Source of the DNA: an uncultured Thermoplasmata archaeon | Lineage (GTDB): Archaea; Thermoplasmatota; Thermoplasmata; Lutacidiplasmatales; UBA184 | Direction of reading: 5' to 3' | DNA length: 64,000 bases | NCBI GenBank assembly: GCA_963696985.1 | Contig: CAVOMG010000001.1 | Coordinates: 692,737-756,736, forward strand | Shown: piece after piece, positions 1-10,111 of the stretch | Numbering within the stretch: the stretch's first letter is position 1 | Layout: every line of letters starts with the position of its first letter | Notes under the pieces: model-generated | Seen by the model: the letters and a program-made list of their open reading frames with translations, nothing else | What the model was told of the DNA's origin: nothing | Databases searched by the model: none | Program-made: the position numbers and the translations under genes

Positions 1-219
1 CGACGCCTCTCGAACGACGCCCAACTCAAGGCCCAGCTCCCGACCTCCCCGGAACTCTTCCCGAAGTTCCGCCCCTTCCTCGCCTACGTGACCGAGCGGG
101 AGCCGCTCCCGCCGGGGATCCTGGCGGTCGACGCGGCGGCGACCGAGTTCGGCCTTCTCGAGAAGTACTCGATGTTCTCCTGCTCGCCGGAGGATGCCGA
201 CGACGACGCCCCCCTCTAG
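1..219 (+). CDS. 3' end of an unidentified protein-coding gene (partial at window edge)
   Basis: Frame 1 is open from base 1 to TAG 217-219 (...LLEKYSMFSCSPEDADDDAPL*). Third codon positions are G/C-rich like neighbouring genes. Overlaps the next start by 26 nt. No family recognised. Confidence 0.3.
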   Translation, partial: RRLSNDAQLKAQLPTSPELFPKFRPFLAYVTEREPLPPGILAVDAAATEFGLLEKYSMFSCSPEDADDDAPL

Positions 220-2012
220 CGAGGCGATCGAGCTCCCGGACTGCTCCCGGTTCCCGGAAGACGTCACCTCCGACGATCTCGTCGACCTACTGGATTCGAA
301 GGAGATCATCCGGGCCCTCGCCGAGGGTGGGTTCGAGGCGGCCAAGGCGATCCTCGAGGCCCGGGCGCACGCCGATCCGGCGCTCGCCCAGCGGATCGCC
401 GAGCTCCGCGAGCGGGTCCGGCGCCAGGCCGAACGCAACGTCTCTCGGACCCTCGGGGAATACGACCGGCGGATCGTCGAGCTCGAAACCGTCGGACGGA
501 AGGGATCGGCCGAGATCGCCACGGAGATCGCGGCCCTCGAGGAGCGACGCCGCCGAGCGCGCTCCCTCGACCTCTCGAACCTCGATCCCGGCCTCCTCGA
601 GGACGTCCGGTCGGCATTGATCCTGCCCGATCAACCCTGGATGCATCCACCGCCTCCGCCCGGCTTCCTCGATCGACTGCGGGCGCTCTTCGCCCGCCTG
701 GTCGCCTGGTTCCGCGGCCTCTTCGGACGGAGGAAGGCGGCGCCGGCTCCGGTCCGACGCGACCGCACGATCGCGTTCGCGACCCTTTCCGCCGGCGGCC
801 GCACCATCGGCCGGTCCGAGCTCGGGGATGCCCTCGCCCAGCTGAGCGGAGGGGAGCGCGAGGAGCTCTCCCGGTCGGTCGACCGCGGCTACCAATCCCG
901 GGAGCGGGAGCTTCAGCGGTCGGCGGAAGAGAAGCGGAAGGAGGCCGAGGCCCAGCGACGAGCGCTCGAGGCCGAACGGGCCGAGGCCGAGCGAAGGGCC
1001 CAGCAGACCTCGGACCGCCGCGTCCGGGAGGCCGAGGAGCATCGCCTCGAGCGGGAACTCAAGGAGCGGGGGTTCGTCGCCGAGCGCGGGGGCGAGCTCC
1101 AGGTCACCTTCGGGCTCATCGAGCGGTTCGCCCGCCTCGTGCTCGAGGAGGAGTCGCGGCAGCTCCCCTCGGACGTGCGCCTGTCGCTCACCGGAAGCGC
1201 CTCCACGGGGGTCTACGAAAAGGCCCGCCTCCGGCGATCGGAGGAGATCGCTCACCTCGACCTCCCGGGGTCACTCCTGGCCGCACGCCTGGAGGGGTCG
1301 CGCCACATCGACGAGACCACGAGCTACGTCTTCCGGGAGATCACGAGCGAGCGGGTCCACGTCGTCCTGGTGTTCGACAAGTCCGGCAGCATGTCGGAGT
1401 CCGAGAAGCTCCCCGCCGCGAAGAAGGCGCTCCTCGCCCTCTACGTGGCGATCCGAAAGCGCCACCCTCAGGCAACGATCGACGTGGTGGCGTTCGACAA
1501 CGAGGTCCGGGTCCTCGACCTCCTCGAGCTCTGGGAGTGCACGCCGGGCGCCTTCACGAACACCGCCGAGGCGCTCCACACCGCCCACATGCTCCTCGCG
1601 GCGTCTCGGGCGACCCGCAAGGAGGTCTACCTTGTGACCGACGGCCTCCCGGAATCGGTACACCGACCGCGACGGGCGGGTCCGCTCCGGCCAGCTCGAC
1701 GTCGCCATGGACCGCGCCCTCGAACGGGCCCGGGAGCTCGCCACGGTGACCCCGCTCAAGTTCACGATGATCCTCCTGCGCTCCGAGCACCCCGAATACG
1801 AGGCGGCGGCCCGCGAGATCACCCGGACGGTCGGCGGGTCCCTGGCGGTAACCGACCCCGAACGGCTGGGCGTCGAGCTCCTAATCCGATGGGCCGGCGG
1901 CACCGAGACGATCAAGCGGCCCGTGGAATCGGAAGCCCCGGAACCCGCCCGGGCCCGTTCCGGACCGGCGAAGCCGAAGCGCCGCAAGGCCGACCGCCGG
2001 ATGGGCGGCTGA
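194..2012 (+). CDS. vWA (von Willebrand factor A) domain protein with long coiled-coil N-terminal region; reading frame broken near 1651-1660
   Basis: The ORF from 194 carries a MIDAS-type vWA core (VVLVFDKSGSMS ... TNTAEAL ... YLVTDGLPES). After ~1655 that frame becomes Arg/Pro junk, while the frame of ORF 1707..2012 reads sensibly backwards (YTDRDGRVRSGQLDVAMDRALERARELA...) and ends at 2012. Confidence 0.75.
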
Positions 2013-2091
2013 CCCGAACAAGTCCCGCCGACCTCCCGTTCCTCTCGAAACGAACGCTTATCTGCCGATCCCCGGTTTTTCGTCCGGGTCC

Positions 2092-2538
2092 ATGACGACG
2101 CACGAGGAACAGGCCCGGTTGCGTGAACATCTCGCCCAGCTCCGCATGGCCGCGCACGGGCTGGGGTCGGACTTCGAGGTCCGCTTCGAGGAGATCGGGT
2201 CGAAGATCGAACGCCTCCCGACGCTGACCGCTCGGGAAGCCAAGTACGCGCTCTACGAGATCGAGGACGACTTCTCGGCGATGGGGCACAAGGTCGACGT
2301 CGAGCTCAAGAAGCTTCCGCGCGAGATCGGCCATGGGATCGCGACCGGGGTCGAGGGGATCAAGACCGGGGCCACGCGGCTCGGCGAGGCGACCCGCGAC
2401 GGCATCGATGCCGTCGGGCACCGGACCGTCGAAGGGACCCGGAACGCCCTGGCGGCCGCGGCCGGGGTCCGCCGGACCCCGATGAAGCAGTGGTCCGACC
2501 CCGGCTCGGCGGCCGCGGCCCCCGACGAGGACCGCTAG
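2092..2538 (+). CDS. hypothetical protein (148 aa, predicted helical)
   Basis: Clean ORF with balanced composition and a TATA-like acgcttatct about 28 nt upstream. No family recognised. Confidence 0.6.
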   Translation: MTTHEEQARLREHLAQLRMAAHGLGSDFEVRFEEIGSKIERLPTLTAREAKYALYEIEDDFSAMGHKVDVELKKLPREIGHGIATGVEGIKTGATRLGEATRDGIDAVGHRTVEGTRNALAAAAGVRRTPMKQWSDPGSAAAAPDEDR

Positions 2539-3475
2539 GCCGAACGCGCCGCCCGCGCTCGGGCTCTTCGGGGAAGAGAGGCTGGGTTGTCCGGCTCGGC
2601 GCGCCGGGTCGCGCCGGCGCGCTCGAGCGACCGTACCGCCTCGGTGAGGTAGGTCGAGTCCACCTCGAACCCCGCGAAGGGGACGTCGACCCGCAGCGCC
2701 GCGACCGCCGAGCTTCCAATCCCGAGGAACGGGTCGACGGCGAGCCGGATCCGCTCGCGACCGTGGAGCCTCAGGCAGCGTTCGGGGAGCTCCGGGGGGA
2801 ACGAGGAGGGGTGCGGTCGGTCGGTGGAGCGATGCTTTATCGTCGGGTACGGGAGGAACCAGGTGTTGCCCCGGCAGCGGAGTCCGGAGCCTCCGCGGCC
2901 CCATCGGGTGACGTTGGACCGGTCCTGGTAGGGGACGCCGATCGCCAGGCGGTCCAACGGGACGTCGCCGTGGTGCGTGAAGTGGAAGATGTACTCGTGG
3001 GCCGAATTGAGGTAGCGGTCGGAGTTCACCGGTTTGTAGTGTCCGATCGCGAGGTCGCGCTCGAGGCCCGCGGCCCGGCCGACCAAGGCGCGTTCGATCG
3101 CGATCGACTTCACCCAGTGGATCACATTCTGGAGGACGAATCCTCGCCCGGCCGAGCGGGCGACCTCCCAGGGCCAGCCGGGGTCGCTCGGGGGCCCCCG
3201 AGGTTCAGGAAGAACGAGCCGTCATCGGCGAGGATCCGGGCCACGCCCCGGCCGACCCGCCCGGCCCATCGGAGGTATCCTGCGCCGGCCGGGCATCGTC
3301 GGTACTCGGAGTACCCGACCCCGAGGTTATACGGCGGGGAGGTGACGACCACGTCGACCGACCCCGACCCGAGCACCCGGGGGAGCGCCTCGAGTGCGTC
3401 GTGGTGCCAGAGGGTGATCGGGGTCCCCTGGGGGCCGACGAGTCGAGCGAACGGACGCTCCGCGGGTTCGGACAC
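2535..3475 (-). CDS. beta-class DNA methyltransferase (N4-cytosine or N6-adenine type, PF01555-like); frame broken in G5C5 run 3190-3199
   Basis: The N-terminal part (frame of ORF 3122..5137) has motif IV VDVVVTSPPYNLG. The C-terminal part (ORF 2535..3125) has motif I DPFLGIGSSAVAA. The two frames join as ...FFLNLGG/PPSDPGWPWEVARSAGRGFVLQNVIHWVKS across cgggggcccccg. GTG start at 3475, 18 nt after the ATPase stop. Confidence 0.8.
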
Positions 3476-3492
3476 GCTCGAAGAGGCGAACG

Positions 3493-5268
3493 CTACGCGG
3501 TCCCTTCGGCGGGGGTCGCGAACGTGCTCGCCTTCGGGGGCTTGCCGGACATCTCGGCCCGCGCCTCGGCGAGCGCCTCCTTCGGGTCCTTGTAGTAGAA
3601 CGCGACGATCCGGCCGACGTCCCGGTGGGTGAACGGGCTCTGGCGAGTGGCGCTGGCCTCGCGCCACTTCATGTACTCGAGCATCTCGACCCGGTTGCGG
3701 ACCTCGCGCTCCATCTCCTTCATCGTCCAGTTCTTCATGAGCGCGACCCGCTCGTAGATGTAGGAGTGGCCCGAGTAGAGGAAGGTGTCGTCGCCCGGGT
3801 CCCACGAATAGACCGAGTTCGTGATCAGCTCGTTCGTCTCGGGGTCGAGTCCGACGATCTCCGTGAGGCTCTGGACCCGGCGGGTCATCTTGGTCCCGAC
3901 CTTGACCTGGCGCTGGAGCAAGACGAGGTTGAGCGCGCTCACGAGCGACCTCGGGAGGGAGATCGGGGGGTTCTCCATCCGGTGGACCATCGCCGAGACG
4001 CTCTCGGCGTGGAAGGTCGTGTAGCACGTCTTCCCCGTGGCCATCGCCTGGAAGACGATGAACGCCTCGGCCCCCCGGACCTCTCCGACCATCAGGTACT
4101 GGGGGCGCTGCCGAAGCGCGGCCGCGAGCAGGTCGAACATGTCGATCTCGCCGGGGGCTTTCCCGCTCACCACGTTCTTCGCGCCGAAGCCGGCCCGGGT
4201 GAGCGAAGGCACCCAGTTCTCGTGGGGGAGGTTGAGCTCCCGGGTGTCCTCGATGGAGACGATCTTCATCTGGCTCGGGATGAACAGGAGCGTCGCGTTG
4301 AGCGTCGTGGTCTTCCCGCTCGCCGTCCCCCCGCAGACCATCATCGATTGCCCGCTCTCGATGGCGATCCACATGTACGCCATCATCTCCGGGCTCATCG
4401 TCTTGAACTTGAGGAGGTCGACCGGGGTGAACGGATTGTCCCGGAACCGCCGGATCGTGAACGAGCTCCCCCGCTTCGTCACGTGCATGCCGAGCGTCGC
4501 CTGGAGACGCGAGCCGTCCGGCATCGTCGCGTCGAGCATCGGGCTCGCGACCGAGATGTGCTTCCCCGACCGCTGGGCGATCCAGACGACGTAGTCGTCG
4601 ACCTGCTTCGAGTCGGTGAACTTGATGTTCGAGCGGATCGAGCCGAACTTCCGGTGGTAGATGTAGAGCGGGATCCCGACCCCGTCGCAGGAGATGTCCT
4701 CGACCTCGGAGTCGTGCATCGGGACCTCGACGATCCCGTAGCCGATGAACTCCCGCTCGAGGTAGTAGAGGAGGCGGCCCTTCGTGACCGGGCTCGGCGA
4801 GAGCTCCCAGGCGACGAGCTGGTCGTCGACCATCTTGCGGAGCTCGCGTCGCTTGGTCTCGGCGTCGAGTTCGGGGAGCGGCTGGAAGTGGTCGATCAGC
4901 GTGACCCGCAGCCGTTCGAGCAGCCCCTTCTCGATCGCGGACATCGGGGGTTCGATCACCTCGTAGAGGTACTCGTTCTTCCCGGTGTGGTAGGTCACTC
5001 GGATGTAGGAGAGGCCCTCCCGGATCGGGGCGAACTCGACCTCCTTGATCAGCGGGTCGTCGATCGGTGGGATCGGCGTGGGCGTGCCCTCGGCGCCCTG
5101 CCCGGAGACCCCGAGCCGGGCGAGGCGGACGGCCCACGGGCCGGTGGTGCCCCGGGAGAGGGCCGCGCCGATCTTGACGAGCGGGGAGAAGAACGCCTTC
5201 GGTCGCTCCCTCCGGGCGGGGATCGTCTCCTCCGGGGCTTCTGCGGGTTGCCTTGCTGCACTCGCCAT
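3493..5268 (-). CDS. type IV filament assembly ATPase (archaeal FlaI/PilB/TadA superfamily), copy 2
   Basis: Walker A VCGGTASGKTTTLN, Walker B/Asp box QYLMVGEVRG, His box TTFHA. The N-terminal domain is typical of archaeal secretion ATPases (YLYEVIEPPM). ATG at 5268 preceded by GGAGAAGG. The ORF-track extension to 6117 is junk. Confidence 0.9.
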   Translation of the reverse strand: MASAARQPAEAPEETIPARRERPKAFFSPLVKIGAALSRGTTGPWAVRLARLGVSGQGAEGTPTPIPPIDDPLIKEVEFAPIREGLSYIRVTYHTGKNEYLYEVIEPPMSAIEKGLLERLRVTLIDHFQPLPELDAETKRRELRKMVDDQLVAWELSPSPVTKGRLLYYLEREFIGYGIVEVPMHDSEVEDISCDGVGIPLYIYHRKFGSIRSNIKFTDSKQVDDYVVWIAQRSGKHISVASPMLDATMPDGSRLQATLGMHVTKRGSSFTIRRFRDNPFTPVDLLKFKTMSPEMMAYMWIAIESGQSMMVCGGTASGKTTTLNATLLFIPSQMKIVSIEDTRELNLPHENWVPSLTRAGFGAKNVVSGKAPGEIDMFDLLAAALRQRPQYLMVGEVRGAEAFIVFQAMATGKTCYTTFHAESVSAMVHRMENPPISLPRSLVSALNLVLLQRQVKVGTKMTRRVQSLTEIVGLDPETNELITNSVYSWDPGDDTFLYSGHSYIYERVALMKNWTMKEMEREVRNRVEMLEYMKWREASATRQSPFTHRDVGRIVAFYYKDPKEALAEARAEMSGKPPKASTFATPAEGTA

Positions 5269-5279
5269 CGAACCTTCTC

Positions 5280-6257
5280 CTACGTGGTGATCGGCGGGAC
5301 CACGAACCGCATGATGACCCAGCCGGAGATGAGCATGATCGTCGCGTGCTGGAACCCTTCGGGGTACTTGCCCGAGAAGAGGACCCCGGCCATGATCCCG
5401 TCCCCGATCGCGTGGACGATGACCGCGACGAGGAACGCGACGAAGAGCGCCGGGACCAGGGTGAAGGAGAGCGTGACGGCGCCGGCGCTCGAGAGGCTGC
5501 TCGAGGCGATCCCCTGGCCGGCGAGCACCATCTGCGGCAGGAAGACCGCCGCCATGATGTAGATCGTGACGAGGAAAACGAAGAACGAGATGTAGATGAC
5601 CGTCACGTAGGTCAGCATCGAGATCTTCCGGGCCGCGAGCTGGTTCTGGGCCTCTCGGGTGTCGTGGGCGACCATCGTCAGGACGTCCGCGACGTTCCCG
5701 CCGGCCTCGTTCGAGCGGGTGATGATCGAGACGACCCGCTGGACGAGGGGGGTCGGCACCCGCTCCTCGAAGAGCCTCAGGGCGGTGGCCACCGGCACGC
5801 CCCATTCGAGCTGGCTCGCCATCCGCTTGATCTCCTCGGTCAGGAGGCCGTAGCGCCCTCGCGAAGCGACGATGATGGCATCCGGGAGGGTCATCCCGAA
5901 TCGGCCGGCCTCGGCGACGTCGCGGAGGAAGTCGGGGAGCCGCTCCTCGATCTTGTCGATCCGACGGATGCGGGTGGTCTCCGCGAACCCGAACGGCCCG
6001 AGGAGCAGGATCGCGCCGAGGACGAAGAAGTCGATCGCCGGGTTCGCCCCGGTCGCCTCGCCGGGGGCGACCGGCGTCGAGATCGTCCCCGTGAGGTTGA
6101 GGACCGCGACCACCCACAAGGCGATGGCACCCGCGAGCCCGAGCAAGAGGATGAGGAGTTCCCGGCGGAGGTGGGAACGCTCGGTATCGTGGACCGCGAA
6201 GACCCCCTCACCGGAGAGCTTCTGGGCGGCGGTCGCCGGGGCGTTCACGGCGGCCAT
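5280..6257 (-). CDS. type IV filament membrane platform protein, single T2SSF domain (TadB/TadC- or EpdJ/K-like), second of two
   Basis: 325 aa. N-terminal TM segments, a cytoplasmic helical T2SSF-like domain (LPDFLRDVAEAGRFGMTLPDAI ... RSNEAGGNVADVL) and C-terminal TM segments. Directly abuts the upstream platform gene. Confidence 0.85.
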   Translation of the reverse strand: MAAVNAPATAAQKLSGEGVFAVHDTERSHLRRELLILLLGLAGAIALWVVAVLNLTGTISTPVAPGEATGANPAIDFFVLGAILLLGPFGFAETTRIRRIDKIEERLPDFLRDVAEAGRFGMTLPDAIIVASRGRYGLLTEEIKRMASQLEWGVPVATALRLFEERVPTPLVQRVVSIITRSNEAGGNVADVLTMVAHDTREAQNQLAARKISMLTYVTVIYISFFVFLVTIYIMAAVFLPQMVLAGQGIASSSLSSAGAVTLSFTLVPALFVAFLVAVIVHAIGDGIMAGVLFSGKYPEGFQHATIMLISGWVIMRFVVPPITT

Positions 6258-7241
6258 CTAGCTCTCCGAGGCGAGCGATTGCATGGGGATGATGAAGCCG
6301 ACCTGGGAGACCGGGATCATGACCCCGACGATCAGGTACATGACGAGGAGCATGAAGCTCCCGCCGCTCCCGATGATGGCGAAGATCGCGATGATGATCA
6401 CCAGGAAGAGGGGGAAGGCGACCACGACGGTGACGAACGTCTCGGCGAAGAGGCCCATCGTCTCGACGCGCCTCAGCGTCTCGAGCTTGTGCTCCTGCTC
6501 GAACTGCTCGGCCTTGAGCAGGAAGTACGGCTTGAGCTGGCCGCCGCTCGTCGCGGTCGTCACCACCCCCTGGAGGAACTCCTGCCAGCGCTTCGAGGGG
6601 GTCCGGGTCGCGCCGTCCTTGAGCGCGGTGAGGATGTCGACCCCCAGGAGCTCCGTGTCCCGGGTGATCCAGGCGGCCTCTTCCGCGACCTCCCCGTAGA
6701 TCTTCTGGCGGGCGAGCTCCCGGAAGATCTGGTCGATGTTCACGTCCGCCGAGGACATGGCGCTGACGAAGCTCATCGCCGAAGAGATCTTCGCGTCGAT
6801 CTTTCGACCCCGGGACTTCGCCGCCGAGGCGGGCTGGCCCTGCATCACGAGGAAGATCACCGGGGTCAGGGCGACCGGGAGGGCGATCCACACGAGCGCG
6901 CCCAGGGCCCAGGCCGGCAGGCCGGGGAGGAGCGAGCCGCTGAGGGAGAGCAAGGCGAAGAGGATCCCGCCGACGGCGATGAGCGCGATCCCGGCGACCA
7001 CCGCGGTGCCGTAGACCTGCGCGAGGTACTCGTCTCCGCGCATCCGGATGTGGGCCTTCGCGAGCGACTCCTCGAGAAGCGGGTTCGGCGGGGACCGAAG
7101 CACCCGGTGCCGGAAGGTCCTCCACGCCCAGCGTTGGAAGGGCGTCAGGGTCGAGAAGGTGGGCTGGGAGCCGCGCTTGACGCGGACCTGGCGGGCGCTC
7201 GAATCCTCGGCCGGGGCCGCCGGGGGGAGCTTCGCGGCCAT
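6258..7241 (-). CDS. type IV filament membrane platform protein, single T2SSF domain (TadB/TadC- or EpdJ/K-like), first of two
   Basis: Start taken at ATG 7241 (MAAKLPPAAP...), 2 nt after the TGA that would close the corrected ATPase frame. T2SSF-like core (AKISSAMSFVSAMSSADVNIDQIFRELA ... GGQLKPYFLLKAEQFE) plus TM segments. Confidence 0.85.
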   Translation of the reverse strand: MAAKLPPAAPAEDSSARQVRVKRGSQPTFSTLTPFQRWAWRTFRHRVLRSPPNPLLEESLAKAHIRMRGDEYLAQVYGTAVVAGIALIAVGGILFALLSLSGSLLPGLPAWALGALVWIALPVALTPVIFLVMQGQPASAAKSRGRKIDAKISSAMSFVSAMSSADVNIDQIFRELARQKIYGEVAEEAAWITRDTELLGVDILTALKDGATRTPSKRWQEFLQGVVTTATSGGQLKPYFLLKAEQFEQEHKLETLRRVETMGLFAETFVTVVVAFPLFLVIIIAIFAIIGSGGSFMLLVMYLIVGVMIPVSQVGFIIPMQSLASES

Positions 7242-7243
7242 CG

Positions 7244-8889
7244 TCAGCTCCCCTCCGGGGCGTCGGGGGCCCGGGGGTCCGGGACTTGAGCATCTCCGCG
7301 ACCCCTTGGGGATCCTTGTAGTAGGCGGTGATCGCCTTCCAAAGGGCCCGGTAGTCATTGATGTTGTTGAGGGCCAGGTAGTGGAGGACCGAGACGCGCC
7401 GCTCGAACTCGGCGTCCATCTCCTCCGTCGTGAGGTTCTTCAGTTCCATGATCTTGTCGAAGAGGAAGGAGTGTCCCTTGAACAGGAAGGTGTCCGTCCC
7501 GGGGTCCCACTCGTAGACGGTGTTGGTGATGAGCTCGTTGGTCTCGGGCTCGAAGCCGACGATCTCGAGGACCTGCTTGAGCCTCCGCACCACGCCCTTC
7601 TCGGTCCGGGCCTGGATCTGGATGATGACGTTGTTGAGGGCCGAGAGCAGGATCCTCGGCGTGTTGATGGGAGGGTTCTCGAGCCGGTTCACCATCGACT
7701 TCACGCTGTCCGCGTGCATCGTCGAATAGGTGGTGTGGCCGGTCGCCATCGCCTGGAACATCGTGTACGTCTCCTTCCCCCGCACCTCTCCGACGATGAT
7801 GTAGTTCGGGCGCTGCCGCAGAGCCGCCCGCACGAGGTCGAACATGTCGACCTCGCCCGCGGCCTTCCCGTCGGGGCCCCGATCCCCGGTCCCGCTGCGC
7901 GTCGCGCCCGGGATCCAGTTCTCGTGGGGAAGGTTCACCTCCCGGGTGTCCTCGATCGAGACGATCTTCGAGGTCGGCGGGATGAAGAGGGCGACCGCGT
8001 TGAGCGTGCTCGTCTTGCCGGAGGCGGGCCCCCCGCAGATGATCAGCGACTCGCCCTGCTCGGCCGCGAGCCATAGGTAGGCGATCATCTCCTCGCTCGC
8101 GCTCCCCGTGGTGATCAGGTCGACGGGGGTGAACGGGCGCTCCTTGAACCGTCGGATCGTGAAGCTCGCCCCGCGGGTCGTGATCTCCCGGGCGTAGGTC
8201 GCCTGGACCCGGTGGCCTTCCGGGGTCGTCCCGTCGAGGATCGGGGCGGAGACCGAGACGGCCTTCCCGCACCGCTGGCCCAGTGAGACGATGAACGAAT
8301 TGAGCGTGTCCTCGTCGTCGAAGATCACGTTGGTCTTGATCGACTCGTACTTCCCGTGGAAGACGAAGAGCGGGACGTTCACCCCGTCGCACGAGATGTC
8401 CTCGACCTCGGGGTCGTGGATCAAGGCGTCGACGGGGCCGTAGCCGACGAAGTCGCGCTGGATATAGTAGATCAGCCGCTCGACGGAGAGCGGTCCGATC
8501 GAGATCTCCCGGCTCTTGAGGTACTCTTCGACCTCTCCCCGGAGGTAGGCCCGCTTGTCGCTCAGGCTCATGTTCGCGACCTCCGGCCCCATGATCTGGG
8601 TCAGTGTGGCCTTCATGTGGTCCACGAGCTCGCGCTCGTGCGACGAGAGCTGCGGTTCGATCACCTCGTAGAGGTGCTCCTTGCGGATCTCGTTGTAGCT
8701 GATCCGGCCGTAGGAGTAGGGCGGCTGGATCGCCGTGACCTGCTGCTCCTTGACCTCGGGGCCGCCGAGCGGCGGCATCGCCGTGATGAACGTGCCGGGG
8801 AGGTCCCCGCTCTCGTCCGGGGTCGAGGGCGAGGAGGCGGTGGCCTCGGTCGTGCGGGGGATCTTGACCCGGAAGGACGACGCGCTCAC
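7244..8889 (-). CDS. type IV filament assembly ATPase (FlaI/PilB/TadA superfamily), copy 1; C-terminal frame broken in C5/G3/C5 run 7264-7283
   Basis: Walker A ICGGPASGKTSTLN, Walker B NYIIVGEVRG, His box STMHA. The uninterrupted 893-aa ORF reads through into junk. A 1-nt correction in the homopolymers gives ...AEMLKSRTP.APDAPEGS* ending at TGA 7244-7246, which resembles the copy-2 C-terminus ...ATPAEGTA*. Confidence 0.85.
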
Positions 8890-8896
8890 AGGACCC

Positions 8897-9852
8897 CTAT
8901 TCCGTCCCCACCCCGATGACGAGGCGGACCTCGGCGTAGATCAGCGTGAACGAGGCGAGCTTGTTGAAGGTGAGCTTGAACGGGTAGCTCGAGGTGATCG
9001 GGGTCGCGCAGCTCGCCGGCGCCGTCGTGGTGACGTGGCTCGGGGAGGCCGTGAATCCCGGCGGGGCCTGGGCGAAGGTGCTCGCCACGAACGACGCCCA
9101 GGCGCAGGGATAGAACGTCCCCTCGATGAGCTGGGCGGCCAACACGTTCGTGGAGCTCGTGCTCGTGAACGTCTCGGTGAACACGAAGTGGCTGAAGATC
9201 TCCTGGGTGCCGATACCGGTGGCCTGGGTGGAGATCCCGGTGACCTCGACCAGGGTCTCGGTCACCCCATACCCCGAGCCCGTCTGGTTCACCGTGAGCG
9301 TTGGGGGGAACTCCACGAGCTGCTGGCCCGTTCCCTCCTGTTGGATCACGGCGTCGTTCTCGAGGGAGAACGTCTGGGGGGAGTAGTAGCGAGAAGGGAT
9401 ACTGACCTGAAGGGTCCCCATGCTGACGTTCTCGTAGAACAGGGTCCCGGCCGAGGTCGAGCCGGGGCCGGCTTCACCGAGACGTTCGAGTAGATCCCGC
9501 TGCCGGGGCTCGGCGGGATGAGGGTGATCGCGGCGCCCGTGGGCTGGGCGATCAGGGGAATGCTCTGGGATGCCATTGGGAACGGGGTCGCGAGGACCGC
9601 CAGCCCGCCGGAGAGGGCCTGGCTGTCGATCCCCACCTTCAGGTTCGCCAGAGCGGTCTGGACCTGGCTCGTAAGGGACTGTTCGTTCTCGCTCATCCAG
9701 AGCGGGACATACTGCGTCAGGAAGACCCCGAACAGGGCGAAGAAGACGAGCAGGGCGAGCAGAGTGCCCACCACGGAAACCACGGCTCGGGAACGGCGTC
9801 GCAGACTCCTACGGAAGCGGCGGCGCCGCCGCCCCGTGGAGGTACCTTGCAT
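8897..9852 (-). CDS. pilin-like protein with N-terminal hydrophobic (class III signal peptide-like) helix; frame broken near 9455-9475
   Basis: N-terminal part (ORF 9346..9852): RRRSRAVVSVVGTLLALLVFFALFGVF..., then a helix (NEQSLTSQVQTALANL) like that of the 525-aa pilin-like protein. After ...GIYSNVSV this frame becomes junk. The frame of ORF 8897..9421 continues (GSTSAGTLFYENVSMGTLQVSIP...) across ccggggccgg. Confidence 0.65.
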
Positions 9853-10111
9853 CGAGAGCCGTCCCTGGTGAAAGCCACCAGGATAGTAATCCTAGTTGGC
9901 TTCGGATATAAACGCTCTCATTCTGGGGGCTTCTTCCGGAGGACTCGTCCCTATCCGAGCGGGTCGCCCGCGGATTGGACCGGGCGGGCGATTCCCCCCA
10001 CCCAACCCCGGATGCTGGGAGGATGCGCGGACGGGCCCCGCCGGGCGGAACCGACCGCACCAGTGGGGGGCCCGCGCTTCCGTCCCTGGTCCGGGACAGT
10101 GGGGCGGGCGA

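Noticed and set aside
2072-2082. The T5 run (ggtttttcg) between the vWA gene and gene 2092, considered as an archaeal oligo-T terminator.
   Set aside because: This is plausible but cannot be distinguished from part of the downstream promoter region (TATA-like acgcttatct at ~2055-2064). It is too short to call with confidence.
3625-7289. Very long plus-strand ORFs (3625..5562, 645 aa; 5253..7289, 678 aa) antisense to the ATPase and platform genes. Similar giants occur elsewhere (29044..31341, 59039..60736, 24540..26390, 42656..44416).
   Set aside because: Their translations are Arg/Asp/Gly/Pro-rich low-complexity strings with no motifs. They are the expected stop-poor shadow frames of a high-GC genome, and the opposite strand encodes clearly recognisable proteins.
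6208-8889. The 893-aa ORF read as a genuine giant ATPase, or as an ATPase-platform fusion protein.
   Set aside because: Beyond residue ~545 the sequence is junk. The two platform proteins are read in other frames with their own starts, and a one-base correction gives a C-terminus like the paralogous ATPase.
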